Shown here piece by piece: positions 1 to 9,846 of a stretch of 32,000 nucleotides of DNA (the first letter of the stretch is position 1; the number at the start of each line of letters is the position of its first letter). The position numbers were made by a program, and so were the translations under genes. A model generated the notes under the pieces. That model saw nothing but the letters and a program-made list of their open reading frames with translations. It was not told the DNA's origin and searched no databases. The DNA comes from Candidatus Methanoperedens sp. (GTDB lineage Archaea; Halobacteriota; Methanosarcinia; Methanosarcinales; Methanoperedenaceae): contig JAGFND010000007.1 of NCBI GenBank assembly GCA_021409285.1, positions 1 to 32,000 on the forward strand. The letters are read 5' to 3'.

Positions 1-147
1 AGACTGAAACTCAAAGACAGAGGGATCGATACGAGTATTGAAGATGCTATGAGAATGCTTGAACGACTAAAGGCTGCACATATCGCTGTAGGAAAGGATG
101 GCGAAATCCAAGTTTATAGAAAGTTGAGAAATATTGATGGATTGTAA
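1..147 (+). CDS. 3' end of an ORF running off the left edge (RLKLKDRGIDTSIEDAMRMLERLKAAHIAVGKDGEIQVYRKLRNIDGL*), function unknown
   Basis: Frame 1 is open from nt 1 to TAA at 145-147. It is absent from the supplied track because it is truncated. I can assign no diagnostic motif. A faint resemblance to C-termini of IS-encoded transposases cannot be verified. Confidence 0.3.
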   Translation, partial: RLKLKDRGIDTSIEDAMRMLERLKAAHIAVGKDGEIQVYRKLRNIDGL

Positions 148-410
148 TTGTTGCTGATTTCTTGGCTTTTGTTTTGATGCACACACAAAAGAATGAAAGC
201 CAATGAAATCAACTTATCTATTTCAGCAGCGGGATAAGAATATGCGTTTATACTTTCCTATGCGTAAATAAAAAGCAAATTATAAATAATTTCCAGTATA
301 TATTTATACTGTTCGTGTAGCACACCAGAAGAAAAGTGTGCCCCCATTTGAGTCCGTGACTATAAGGTTTTTGCCTGTTTTGTCCAAGCCGAGGACAGGG
401 TAAACTTCAA

Positions 411-1430
411 ATGCAAGGTAATCTTAAAAGCAACACTTATATGTTAAGAGATGAAAAAAGCCTGCTAACAGAAAAGCTTAAAAATTACATCCCAGAAGAA
501 TATAAAGTTACACTCATGCCGCATTTCTGTGTAGACAACTTTATTCGTTGCGATGAGAGCTATGATTCCTTTATTGAAAAATTTAAGAAGACCGCAACTC
601 AGGGAGGTGGGAATACGGTTATGAGGCAAATGCTGCATATAGGAGGAAAAGCAACAAACTGCGCATCAGCGCTGGACAGCTTAGGTCTCAATCCCTGTTT
701 GATTGCAAAAACAGATATTTTAGGATATAAATTGCTTGAATATTTCCTTGAAGGGAAAAACGTGGATATATCTCATGTAAGCAGAGATGGCGAGCTTGCC
801 TTTACCACAGCCATTGAGCTTGAAGGTGTGAATATTATGTTCAGTTTCCCGGGTGTTACATCCCAATTTGGACCTGAATATCTTACTGAAGACGATGAAG
901 AATTGATTAGAGAATCCGATATGGTGTGCATTTCTGACTGGGGCTTAAACAATTGTGGTACAAAGCTTGCAAGGTACGTTTTCAGCTTGGTTAAAAAAGA
1001 AGGAAAAGGTAAGACTTTTTTTGATCCAGGGGACCCATCTCCAAAAAAGGAGAGGGAAGAAGTAGAAGTAAAAGGGATTAAGAATATGTTGAAACAGGGC
1101 TTAGTGGATATACTCAGTGTGAATGAAAACGAGCTAATAAGGTATGGAGGTATCGACTTTCTCAGAAAAGTAACAAGAGTGGATATGCACACTGAAAAAT
1201 ACGTAAAAACGTTCTATAATGATAAAGAAACCGAAGAAATACCAGCATTCAATGTAGAGCCAAAAAGATTAACAGGGGCCGGTGATGCATGGAATTCTGG
1301 AGATATACTTGGTGAAGCTATGGGGCTTTCTGATGAACTGCGGCTGTTACTTGCGAACTCAGTAGCAGCGTATTACATTTCAGACCTAGAAGGAAAGCAT
1401 CCTACGAGGCAAGATTTAATAAAATTGTAG
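411..1430 (+). CDS. PfkB/ribokinase-family carbohydrate kinase
   Basis: 339-aa ORF. The C-terminal block KRLTGAGDAWNSGD matches the PfkB-family GAGD signature. The stop lies 9 nt before the treS-mak start on the same strand. Confidence 0.8.
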   Translation: MQGNLKSNTYMLRDEKSLLTEKLKNYIPEEYKVTLMPHFCVDNFIRCDESYDSFIEKFKKTATQGGGNTVMRQMLHIGGKATNCASALDSLGLNPCLIAKTDILGYKLLEYFLEGKNVDISHVSRDGELAFTTAIELEGVNIMFSFPGVTSQFGPEYLTEDDEELIRESDMVCISDWGLNNCGTKLARYVFSLVKKEGKGKTFFDPGDPSPKKEREEVEVKGIKNMLKQGLVDILSVNENELIRYGGIDFLRKVTRVDMHTEKYVKTFYNDKETEEIPAFNVEPKRLTGAGDAWNSGDILGEAMGLSDELRLLLANSVAAYYISDLEGKHPTRQDLIKL

Positions 1431-1439
1431 GAACCAGAC

Positions 1440-4400
1440 ATGCGTGGAAAAGAAAGTCGTCTTGAAGAAGATCCCCTCTGGTATAAGGACGCTATAATAT
1501 ATGAGGTTCATGTGAGGAGCTTTTACGATAGCAACGGCGATGGGATAGGGGATTTTATCGGGCTTACCCAGAAGCTTGATTATCTTAAGGACCTTGGGAT
1601 AACAGCCATATGGATTCTTCCATTTTATCCGTCTCCCCTAAAAGATGACGGATATGATATATCTGATTATCTCGATATTCATCCTAATTACGGAACTCTG
1701 AAAGAATTCAAAAATTTCTTAAAGGAAGCCCATGATAGAGGAATAAGGGTTATAACAGAGCTCGTTTTAAACCATACCTCTGACCAGCATCCCTGGTTTA
1801 AGAGGGCAAGAGCAGCACCTCAAGGTTCTAGGTGGAGGGATTTCTATGTCTGGAGCGACACACCAAAAAAATATAAAGATACAAATATTATATTTAAGGA
1901 CTTTGAAAGCTCGAACTGGGCATGGGACTCTACCCAAATGGCTTACTATTGGCACCGCTTTTATTCACATCAGCCGGATTTGAACTATGATAACCCGCAT
2001 GTTGAGAAGGCTATGCTGAAGGTTATAGATTACTGGCTTAATATGGGGATTGATGGAATGCGCCTGGATGCAGTCCCCTATCTCTTTGAAAGAGAGGGAA
2101 CAAACTGTGAAAACCTGCCTGAAACCTATGAATTCCTGAGGAAGCTCAGGGCACACGTAAATGCTAAATATAAGAATAAGATGCTTCTTGCTGAGGCAAA
2201 CCAATGGCCTGAGGATGCTGTTGCCTACTTTGGAAACGATGATATATGCCATATGGCTTTCCACTTCCCATTGATGCCAAGAATATTCATGGCGCTTCGA
2301 ATGGAAGACAGGTTCCCTATAATTGATATTCTTGAACAGACCCCACAGATACCAGAATCCTGCCAGTGGGCGCTTTTCTTGAGAAATCATGACGAACTTA
2401 CTCTATCGAGGGTGACAGACGAAGAGAGGGAATATATGTTCCGCATGTACGCGCATGATTCTGTGGAGCGAATAAATCATGGTATACGTCGCCGCTTAGC
2501 TCCCCTCCTCGGAAACCACAGAAGAAGAATAGAACTTATGAAAAGCTTGCTTTTATCCCTGCCAGGGACGCCAGTAATTTATTACGGGGATGAGATTGGG
2601 ATGGGGGATAACATTTATCTGGGCGACAGAAATGGAGTGCGCACGCCAATGCAATGGAGTGCGGATAAAAACGGTGGCTTTTCTCGTGCCAACCCCCAAA
2701 AACTCTTCATATCTGTTATCATCGATCCTGAATATCATTACGAGGCAGTCAATGTAGAAGCTCAGCAGAATAACCCGCACTCGCTTCTGTGGTGGATGAA
2801 ACGTCTTATCTCCCTAAGGAAGCGGTTCAAAGCATTTGGGCGCGGAACTATGGAATTCCTGTATCCTGAGAACTGCAAGGTCATAGCCTTTATTCGACGC
2901 TATCAGGATGAATGCATATTAGTTATTGCCAACCTATCGCGTTTTATTCAATACGTTGAGCTTGATCTTTCAGCTTTTAAGGGAAGAACACCTGTTGAGC
3001 TTTTTAGCAGGACAGAAATCCCCCCAATTGGAGATAAGCCCTATTTTATCACTCTGGGACCTCATGATTTCTACTGGTTTTCCCTAGAGCTAAAGCAGGT
3101 CTGCGAACTTCGAATCCCCGAAATTGCGTCTATAGATGTAGCGGATGAGCGTATGTTTTTTGAAGAAACAAGAACAGAACTGGAAAGTATTTTGGCAGCC
3201 TACCTGCAGGCATCCTGCTGGCCAGGAAAGAAAGCAAGAACCATCAAATCGGCAAGTCTGCTTGAGGTTATTCCTGTACCCTATAATTCCTCACTATTCT
3301 ATATGACCATGATTCACATCGAATATATCGATGGCAGCCCTGAGATTTATAACCTGCCACTCACCATTGCCTTTGGGGAAAAAGCGTCGTATATGCAGGA
3401 TAAAGCCCCTCAAAGCATTATAGCTCGTGTAAACATGAGAGGCAAAGAAGGCGTTTTCTACGACGCCTCAGCAGACAGGGATTTCTGCTATGCATTAGTT
3501 GAGGCCATTTCCCACCGCCGTCGCTTCAAAGGAAAGAACGGCGAAGACATAGCCTCTCCTACCAGGGCGTTCCGGAAGCTCCTCGGGCCGACTGAAATCC
3601 TGCCTGAGCCTGAAATTCTTAAAGGAGAGTACAGTAATATTCTCATTGCATATGGGGATAAGCTTGTTTTGAAGTTTTTCCGCCGCATCGAAGAAGGGCA
3701 AAATCCCGATCTTGAGATAGGACTTTTTCTTACGGAAAGGAAATCTTTTGCCCATATCCCCCAAGTCGCAGGTGCTCTTGAGTACTACGGGTATAATGGC
3801 GAACCTGCTACTCTAGCTATCCTCACGGGCTATGTGCATGACCAGAGGAATGCATGGCAATACACTTTAGATGTACTTGGTCGCTACTTTGAGCTTGCTC
3901 TTGCAAAAAAAGGCGCAGAGATACCCTCAATCCATAAATCTCTGATCGATATGGTCGATGAAGATATTCCCATTCAAATCCAAGAGATGATGAACTCTTA
4001 CATAGAGACAGCGCGGCTTTTGGGACAGCGTACTGCAGAGCTTCACATTGAGCTGGCTTCAGATCCAGAAAACCCCAACTTTGCACCTGAAGCATTCTCT
4101 TCCCTATATCAGCGCTCAATCTACCATTCCATGCAGGGTATGGCAAAGCAGGTCTTTCAGCTTCTGCGCAAGCGAATGAATTGTCTTCCTGAAGCTGCGA
4201 GAAAGGATGCACAGCAGGTTCTTAACCTCGAAGGGGAGATTCTCAAGCGCTTCAGGTCAGTCATAGACATCGAGATAACAGCAATGCGGATACGATGCCA
4301 TGGCGACTACCATTTAGGGCAGGTTCTTCGAACTGGGAATGATTTTGTTATTATTGACTTCGAAGGAGAAACTGAAAAGGCTTTGAGTGAAAGAAAGTTG

Positions 4401-4745
4401 AAGCGCTCTCCTTTCAAAGATGTTGCTGGAATGATCAGGTCTTTCCATTACGCAGCTTATGAGCTCTGCCTCAATCGTACATCTCTTAGACCTGAGGACA
4501 TCCCCGTACTTGAGCCATGGTCAGATGTATGGTATACATATGCTGGAGTTGCCTTTTTAAAGTCATACCTTGACACAGCTAAGGAAGAGATATTCATTCC
4601 AAAGAATAGAGAAGAGATTAAAGTTCTGTTAAATGTGTTTTTACTTGAGAAGGCGGTTTATGAGCTTGATTATGAATTGAACAATCGCCCTGAGTGGGTA
4701 ATTATACCGTTAAAAGGAATACTTAACCTCGCCACCTACGGTTAA
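1440..4745 (+). CDS. treS: Trehalose synthase fused to maltokinase (TreS-Mak/Pep2 fusion)
   Basis: 1101-aa ORF. The N-terminal half has GH13 blocks (DGIGDF, GYDISDY, GIDGMRLDAVPYL, FLRNHDELTL, YYGDEIGMGD). The C-terminal ~450 aa has the maltokinase/phosphotransferase block HGDYHLGQVL...VIIDFEGE. Confidence 0.9.
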   Translation: MRGKESRLEEDPLWYKDAIIYEVHVRSFYDSNGDGIGDFIGLTQKLDYLKDLGITAIWILPFYPSPLKDDGYDISDYLDIHPNYGTLKEFKNFLKEAHDRGIRVITELVLNHTSDQHPWFKRARAAPQGSRWRDFYVWSDTPKKYKDTNIIFKDFESSNWAWDSTQMAYYWHRFYSHQPDLNYDNPHVEKAMLKVIDYWLNMGIDGMRLDAVPYLFEREGTNCENLPETYEFLRKLRAHVNAKYKNKMLLAEANQWPEDAVAYFGNDDICHMAFHFPLMPRIFMALRMEDRFPIIDILEQTPQIPESCQWALFLRNHDELTLSRVTDEEREYMFRMYAHDSVERINHGIRRRLAPLLGNHRRRIELMKSLLLSLPGTPVIYYGDEIGMGDNIYLGDRNGVRTPMQWSADKNGGFSRANPQKLFISVIIDPEYHYEAVNVEAQQNNPHSLLWWMKRLISLRKRFKAFGRGTMEFLYPENCKVIAFIRRYQDECILVIANLSRFIQYVELDLSAFKGRTPVELFSRTEIPPIGDKPYFITLGPHDFYWFSLELKQVCELRIPEIASIDVADERMFFEETRTELESILAAYLQASCWPGKKARTIKSASLLEVIPVPYNSSLFYMTMIHIEYIDGSPEIYNLPLTIAFGEKASYMQDKAPQSIIARVNMRGKEGVFYDASADRDFCYALVEAISHRRRFKGKNGEDIASPTRAFRKLLGPTEILPEPEILKGEYSNILIAYGDKLVLKFFRRIEEGQNPDLEIGLFLTERKSFAHIPQVAGALEYYGYNGEPATLAILTGYVHDQRNAWQYTLDVLGRYFELALAKKGAEIPSIHKSLIDMVDEDIPIQIQEMMNSYIETARLLGQRTAELHIELASDPENPNFAPEAFSSLYQRSIYHSMQGMAKQVFQLLRKRMNCLPEAARKDAQQVLNLEGEILKRFRSVIDIEITAMRIRCHGDYHLGQVLRTGNDFVIIDFEGETEKALSERKLKRSPFKDVAGMIRSFHYAAYELCLNRTSLRPEDIPVLEPWSDVWYTYAGVAFLKSYLDTAKEEIFIPKNREEIKVLLNVFLLEKAVYELDYELNNRPEWVIIPLKGILNLATYG

Positions 4746-4783
4746 GTAAAACGTATTTTTATCACCTTATCCAGGATGTCATG

Positions 4784-4797
4784 AAAAAAAAATAAAA
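4784..4797 (-). terminator. Oligo-T tract (T4-A-T9 on the minus strand) downstream of the thermosome gene
   Basis: An A9-T-A4 run on the plus strand lies ~35 nt after the thermosome stop at 4832. Archaeal intrinsic terminators are oligo-T tracts. Confidence 0.4.
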
Positions 4798-4831
4798 CCA
4801 TTTTAACACCTCCTACCTTCTTATAATATGC

Positions 4832-6475
4832 TTAATCCATTCCTTCCATTCCACCTGGTGGAATTCCTCCGGGTGGTACACCTCCTGCAGGTGCGGATTT
4901 GCTTGAGAGCACATCATCGATGCGCAGTATCATCGTAGCTGCCTCCGTGGCAGAATCGATAGCCTGTGTCTTTATTCTGAGAGGCTCAACCACGCCTTTT
5001 TCCCACATGTCCACGACTTTTCCAGTGAACACGTTGAGCCCTGCTGTCTTATTGCCCTTCTCATGCTGGCTTCGCATCTCCACAAGCATATCAATGGGGT
5101 CAAGACCAGCATTTTCAGCCAGAGTCCTGGGGATGATTTCAAGCGCCTCGGCAAATTTTGCGACAGCCAGCTGTTCCCTGCCTATTAATGTGGCTGAATA
5201 TTCTCGCAGGCGCAGAGCCAGTTCAACTTCTGGCGAACCGCCACCTGCTACAAGTGTCTCATCCTCGATCGCAACTCCAACAACACGCAATGCATCATGA
5301 AGCGCTCGCTCGGCTTCATCCACCACGTGCTCGGTCCCTCCACGAAGAATAATGGAGACTGCCTTGGGGTTATGGCACCCTGTAACATATGTCATTGCAT
5401 CCTCACCGATCTTTTTCTCCTCTACAATATCCGCTTTTCCAAGATCAGATCTGCTGATTTCCTTTAGACCAGTCTGTATCTTTGCACCTGTTGCACGTGC
5501 CAATTTTTCCATGTCGCTTTTCTTTACGCGCCTTGCTGCGTATATGCCTGCTTTTGCAAGATAATGCTGTGCAATGTCATCTATTCCCTTCTCAACAAAG
5601 ACCACATTTGCACCGCTGTCTATCACTTTGCTGATCATGTCATGCAACATCTGTTCTTCCTGGTCCAGAAATAACTGGAGCTGGTCAGGTGTTTTTATTG
5701 AGATCTCGGCTTTCACTTCTGTCTTTTTGATCTCAAGGGCCTCGGTGAGCAGAAGTATTCTGGCATCATGGACATTCTTTGGCATGTTCGTATGGACTCT
5801 TTCATTATCGATTACCATGCCTTCGATCAGCTCTGATGCTTCTACACTGGCGCCAACTTTCTTCTCAATTTTGATATCTTCAACATCTACTGTATATTTA
5901 CCATTCTCTTTATCAAGCACAGCTAATATGGCATTTACCGCAAGGTTGGAGAAAACATCCTTGGACGCTTCAGATCCTTTTCCGGTAATCGCAGTCACCG
6001 CGATTTTCAATAATAAATCCTTATCTTCAAGGGTCACTGGTTTTGCAAGGGTTTTAAGGATCTCTTTTGCTTTTGATGATGCAAGCCTGTATCCGCTGAC
6101 GATGACTGTGGGATGCACACCCTGCTCCAAGAGTTCTTCAGCATTCTTCAGGAATTCACCTGCAAGCACTGCTGCAGTTGTTGTGCCATCTCCCACCTCG
6201 TCATCCTGGGTCTTTGCGACTTCCACTATCATCTTGGCTGCCGGATGCTGGATGTCCATTGTCTGGAGAATGGTTGCACCATCATTCGTGATTACGATAT
6301 CCCCCACCGCGTCCACGAGCATTTTATCCATACCCTGCGGTCCCAGGGTCGTCCTGACCGCCGCTGCTACTGCCCTGGCAGCCATGATATTGTTATGCTG
6401 CGCTTCTTTTCCTTTTGTTCTTTGACTGCCTTCTCTTAGAATATAGATTGGCTGTCCTGCTAATTGTCCTGCCAT
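4832..6475 (-). CDS. ths: Thermosome subunit (group II chaperonin)
   Basis: Group II chaperonin blocks are present: [26 protein letters not shown], and a Gly/Pro/Met-rich C-terminal tail ending GGMEGMD. The track ORF starts at 6511. The ATG at 6475 ([13 protein letters not shown]...) has GGAGGT 5 nt upstream, so I trimmed the start to it. Confidence 0.95.
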   Translation of the reverse strand: MAGQLAGQPIYILREGSQRTKGKEAQHNNIMAARAVAAAVRTTLGPQGMDKMLVDAVGDIVITNDGATILQTMDIQHPAAKMIVEVAKTQDDEVGDGTTTAAVLAGEFLKNAEELLEQGVHPTVIVSGYRLASSKAKEILKTLAKPVTLEDKDLLLKIAVTAITGKGSEASKDVFSNLAVNAILAVLDKENGKYTVDVEDIKIEKKVGASVEASELIEGMVIDNERVHTNMPKNVHDARILLLTEALEIKKTEVKAEISIKTPDQLQLFLDQEEQMLHDMISKVIDSGANVVFVEKGIDDIAQHYLAKAGIYAARRVKKSDMEKLARATGAKIQTGLKEISRSDLGKADIVEEKKIGEDAMTYVTGCHNPKAVSIILRGGTEHVVDEAERALHDALRVVGVAIEDETLVAGGGSPEVELALRLREYSATLIGREQLAVAKFAEALEIIPRTLAENAGLDPIDMLVEMRSQHEKGNKTAGLNVFTGKVVDMWEKGVVEPLRIKTQAIDSATEAATMILRIDDVLSSKSAPAGGVPPGGIPPGGMEGMD

Positions 6476-6917
6476 AACTAACCTCCGTCTCGATCGCGAC
6501 CTGTTTTTCAACTTTAGTGCCGGGCATTACCCATGATTGGCATTTCTATATCATCCTGAACTTACGAGATTACCACGTAGGTTTAGAAAATGATCACTCG
6601 TTTTACTCTCCATCTAATATGTATGACATTAATGGCATTTATATATGTTGATTGGGGCATTGCCCCCCAATGACAATGAAGTACGGCGGCGACTCACACG
6701 TTTTGGCTCCAATGTACCGAAATATTTAAAAGAGAGAGGTTCTAATTAAGAAACGGCAGCCCGCACTTTCGGCAATAGATTCTTTATTCCGGATGGAAGA
6801 GGATGCAGATCTTACAATATGCCTTCATACCTTAGGTCAAAACATTGGAAAGGCTATGAGAGATAAGATGAAAGAAAGTGAATACCTTATGTTCATGCTG
6901 ATTGAAGAGGTTGCGAG

Positions 6918-7676
6918 GTGAGTCACTTGGAGTCAATCATTGAGGTCAGGAATCTTACCAAAGTGTTCAATTCAAGAGGAAGGAAAATAACAGCAGTGAA
7001 TGATGTCAGTTTCGATGTATCCAATGGTGAGATTTTTAGTATGATAGGACCGAACGGAGCCGGCAAATCCACCGCCTTTGCCATGATGACCACATTAATT
7101 AAACCCACAAGCGGCAGCATAAAGGTTGCAGGTTTTGATGCTGAAAATGAAGATGACAGGATAAGGCCAATCATAGGTATAGTTCCTCAGAAGTTAAGCC
7201 TTTACCCGGATCTTACAGCCAGGGAGAACCTGGAGCTTATGGGCAACCTTTATGATGTACCTAAAAAAGTCATGGAAGAAAGGATTGAATATTACCTGAA
7301 ACTGGTCAATCTTGAAACTCATGCAGACCGTTTTACGGGGGGCTTCTCAGGAGGCATGAAGCAGCGCCTTTCCGTGATCAGCGCAGTGATACATGACCCG
7401 CAGATAATCTTCTGGGATGAACCAACGACAGGCCTTGATCCGCAGACAAGACAAGCTATCTGGAAACTTGGCCGGAAGTTCAATACGGAAGGAAAAACTC
7501 TTATTTTCACTACACATTACATGGATGAAGCAGATAAACTCTGTGATAGGGTTGCCGTGATGAATGCCGGTAAACTGATGGCTTTAGATACACCTGAGAA
7601 CCTGAAGAAGGCTTCAAACAGCACAAGTCTTGAAGAAGTTTTCATTCATCTGACAGGCGAGGAGATACGTGATTGA
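6918..7676 (+). CDS. ABC transporter ATP-binding protein (ABC-2 exporter type)
   Basis: Walker A GPNGAGKST, ABC signature FSGGMKQRL, Walker B IIFWDEPTTGLD. The track start is GTG at 6918. TTG at 6927, preceded by GAGGTGA, is an alternative start. Confidence 0.9.
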   Translation: MSHLESIIEVRNLTKVFNSRGRKITAVNDVSFDVSNGEIFSMIGPNGAGKSTAFAMMTTLIKPTSGSIKVAGFDAENEDDRIRPIIGIVPQKLSLYPDLTARENLELMGNLYDVPKKVMEERIEYYLKLVNLETHADRFTGGFSGGMKQRLSVISAVIHDPQIIFWDEPTTGLDPQTRQAIWKLGRKFNTEGKTLIFTTHYMDEADKLCDRVAVMNAGKLMALDTPENLKKASNSTSLEEVFIHLTGEEIRD

Positions 7677-8790
7677 AATGGATTTAAAAAAGGAAATCAG
7701 GAAATCCTGGGTAATTATGATCAAGGAGTTCAGGCAGATTATCAGGAAAAAAGCCTTCATGATCCCGATGTTTATGTTCCCAATAGTCATGATCGTCTTT
7801 TTCGGCTACGGGATGGGCGGCACTGTCAAGAACGCCGACGTTCTTATCGTCAATGACGACACAGGTATAGCCTCAAGCTCCCTCGTTCAGGAAATCGGAA
7901 GCTTCATCCCCAAATACGGCGATGACAAAATGTTCTCGATAACTTACACGAAGGATATGGGGCAATCAGAAGCTGAGAGGAAAATAGATTCTGGGTTGTA
8001 TAAAGCAATCCTGATCATCCCACAGGATTATAGCGAGCGCGTGGCAAGAAATGAGAGCGTGACCCTGACGCTTCTGACTGACTCCTCGGACACCTCATCA
8101 AGCAGCATAATCATTAATTTTATGAAGCAGTTATTTTCAGGAACGTCGAGTTCGCTTGTTACGTTGAAAATTCCTGATATTTACGGCAAGCTACAGTATA
8201 TTGACTTCCTCACACCTGCAGTTATTGCCCTTACAGTGTTCATGGGTACTATTCAGACCATGGGTTATGCAATAGCAGGAGAGCGGCAGGACGGCACATT
8301 GGTTCGTATTATGATGACACCTGTGAGCAGGGGAGCCATTATTCTCGGTAAAACCTTACATCAGCTTGTATTGCAGCTTGCCAGAGCTGTGGTGCTGATA
8401 ATCGGAGCAATTGTTATTCTCGGGGTCACCATGAACGGAAGCTGGTTGCTTGTGGCTCTGGTGCTTATAATCTTCACTTTAAGCGCAGTAGGTCTTGGAA
8501 TGGCTATCTCTGCCGTATCAGAGGACATGACCTCTTTTCAGGCGATAAGCATGTTAATCGCCTTTCCTTCCATGTTTGCCACGGGTGTTTTCTATCCGTT
8601 AAGCTCGGTTCCTGACTGGATGCGCTGGATAGCGTATATGGTGCCTCTGAGTTATGCTAACGATGCAATGCGAACCATCATGATAAAGGGACTGGGTTTG
8701 AGCTTTATAGCTAATGATTTGATAATACTTGCTTTATTTGCGATCTTTTATTTCGCTTTGGGGGTCTATCTATTTAGGAGGGAAGTATAA
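7669..8790 (+). CDS. ABC-2 type transporter permease
   Basis: 373 aa with one N-terminal TM helix, a ~150-aa loop, then a C-terminal bundle of about five hydrophobic helices, which is typical ABC-2 architecture. It overlaps the ATPase gene by 8 nt. ATG at 7678 is an alternative start. Confidence 0.85.
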   Translation: MIEMDLKKEIRKSWVIMIKEFRQIIRKKAFMIPMFMFPIVMIVFFGYGMGGTVKNADVLIVNDDTGIASSSLVQEIGSFIPKYGDDKMFSITYTKDMGQSEAERKIDSGLYKAILIIPQDYSERVARNESVTLTLLTDSSDTSSSSIIINFMKQLFSGTSSSLVTLKIPDIYGKLQYIDFLTPAVIALTVFMGTIQTMGYAIAGERQDGTLVRIMMTPVSRGAIILGKTLHQLVLQLARAVVLIIGAIVILGVTMNGSWLLVALVLIIFTLSAVGLGMAISAVSEDMTSFQAISMLIAFPSMFATGVFYPLSSVPDWMRWIAYMVPLSYANDAMRTIMIKGLGLSFIANDLIILALFAIFYFALGVYLFRREV

Positions 8791-8792
8791 GA

Positions 8793-9785
8793 ATGAGAAT
8801 GAAAAAAAACTGGATTGCCTTTTTCATGCTGGTTGTTCTGGCAATAGGCGTCGCCGCAGGCGCCGATACCCCAAGCACATATAACGTGCCCAGAAGCTTT
8901 GATTTTGCGACAAATTACTATAATGCATTCGGCAGCCCGGATATTAATGCTACTATTATGGGCACAAATGAATTCGACAGGGACGAGACTATTACTTTAT
9001 ATGTTGACTTAATGAACCGGGGCAAATTTTTAGGATTTGAGAGAGACCATACCCCTACAACTGCTGATGAAATATATGCCGCCCAGACCGAAGTGAAGCT
9101 TGAAGGGAGGATAGTTGACGCAACCGGCATAATTGCATCGCTCTCTGTTGATCCGGATAGCCCGCTTGAAGTCAAGTCTCCTGCCCAGCAGGTAGGTTCC
9201 ATAAATAGCGGGCAGAAGGTGCTTTCTCCGGTAAAATTCGATATAAAAATCGCCAAGAAAGCAAAGGCTGGCGTATATAATCTCACCTTGAATCTCACCT
9301 ATGATTACCAGAAATTTGTGTCGATATCGAATACAAATGCAACCGCGCAAACATACGATGCAAGCTATTGGTACGGGATGATGGCTCAAAACCAGACCCT
9401 GAAAATGAAGGTAAAAACGCAGGCAGATTTCGAGGTCGTGCGAACCACAGGAAGTTTTTACGCAGGAAGGGAAGACATTGTTGAGATAGCGATTAAAAAT
9501 ACGGGAGAGGAAGAAGCGAAAGATGCCAGGGCAATAATCAACCCGTCTGACCCTCTTAGCACCACAGATGACCAGGCGTTCCTCTATACTATAAAGCCAG
9601 GCGATACTGTAGTTGCCACCTATAAAATCAAGGCAGATAGCAAGGCTGTACCTAAAACCTATGCGGTAGACACCGTTATAAGATACGAAAACCCGGACGG
9701 GGATATCAAATATTCAACCATCCTGCAGGCGCCGGTGGATGTAAAGGAATTGGGCTTCTTCCAGAGATTGTTCGGATTGGTTTAG
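8793..9785 (+). CDS. Secreted beta-sandwich (COG1361 / CARDB-like S-layer-domain) protein, third gene of the ABC-2 operon
   Basis: N-terminal signal peptide MRMKKNWIAFFMLVVLAIGVAAGA. Two repeat-like blocks resemble the 'vtNtGtatA' type (AGVYNLTLNLTYDY; IAIKNTGEEEAKDARAIINP). The start lies 2 nt after the permease stop. The family call is from memory of similar operons in Methanosarcinales. Confidence 0.55.
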   Translation: MRMKKNWIAFFMLVVLAIGVAAGADTPSTYNVPRSFDFATNYYNAFGSPDINATIMGTNEFDRDETITLYVDLMNRGKFLGFERDHTPTTADEIYAAQTEVKLEGRIVDATGIIASLSVDPDSPLEVKSPAQQVGSINSGQKVLSPVKFDIKIAKKAKAGVYNLTLNLTYDYQKFVSISNTNATAQTYDASYWYGMMAQNQTLKMKVKTQADFEVVRTTGSFYAGREDIVEIAIKNTGEEEAKDARAIINPSDPLSTTDDQAFLYTIKPGDTVVATYKIKADSKAVPKTYAVDTVIRYENPDGDIKYSTILQAPVDVKELGFFQRLFGLV

Positions 9786-9846
9786 AGGGCACCAGCCAGT
9801 GCCATCATTGTCATTCAGTATCAACACACCCGGTTATTTCTCTTCT

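Noticed and set aside
4832-4900. Thermosome C-terminal tail [17 protein letters not shown] encoded by a short imperfect nucleotide repeat
   Set aside because: Gly/Met-rich flexible tails are a normal feature of group II chaperonins. The Pro-containing variant is a curiosity, not a separate feature.
5574-6425. 283-aa plus-strand ORF, with other 60-133-aa ORFs at 4899-6439, antisense to the thermosome gene
   Set aside because: These are low-complexity Ser/Thr/Ala-rich shadow ORFs lying entirely inside a strongly supported chaperonin gene. They have no motifs and no SD.
6793-6921. 42-codon ORF (MEEDADLTICLHTLGQNIGKAMRDKMKESEYLMFMLIEEVAR) ending in an overlap with the ABC ATPase start
   Set aside because: It has no SD and no recognisable motif, and it is short. 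It could be a leader peptide or a regulator remnant, but I cannot support either.
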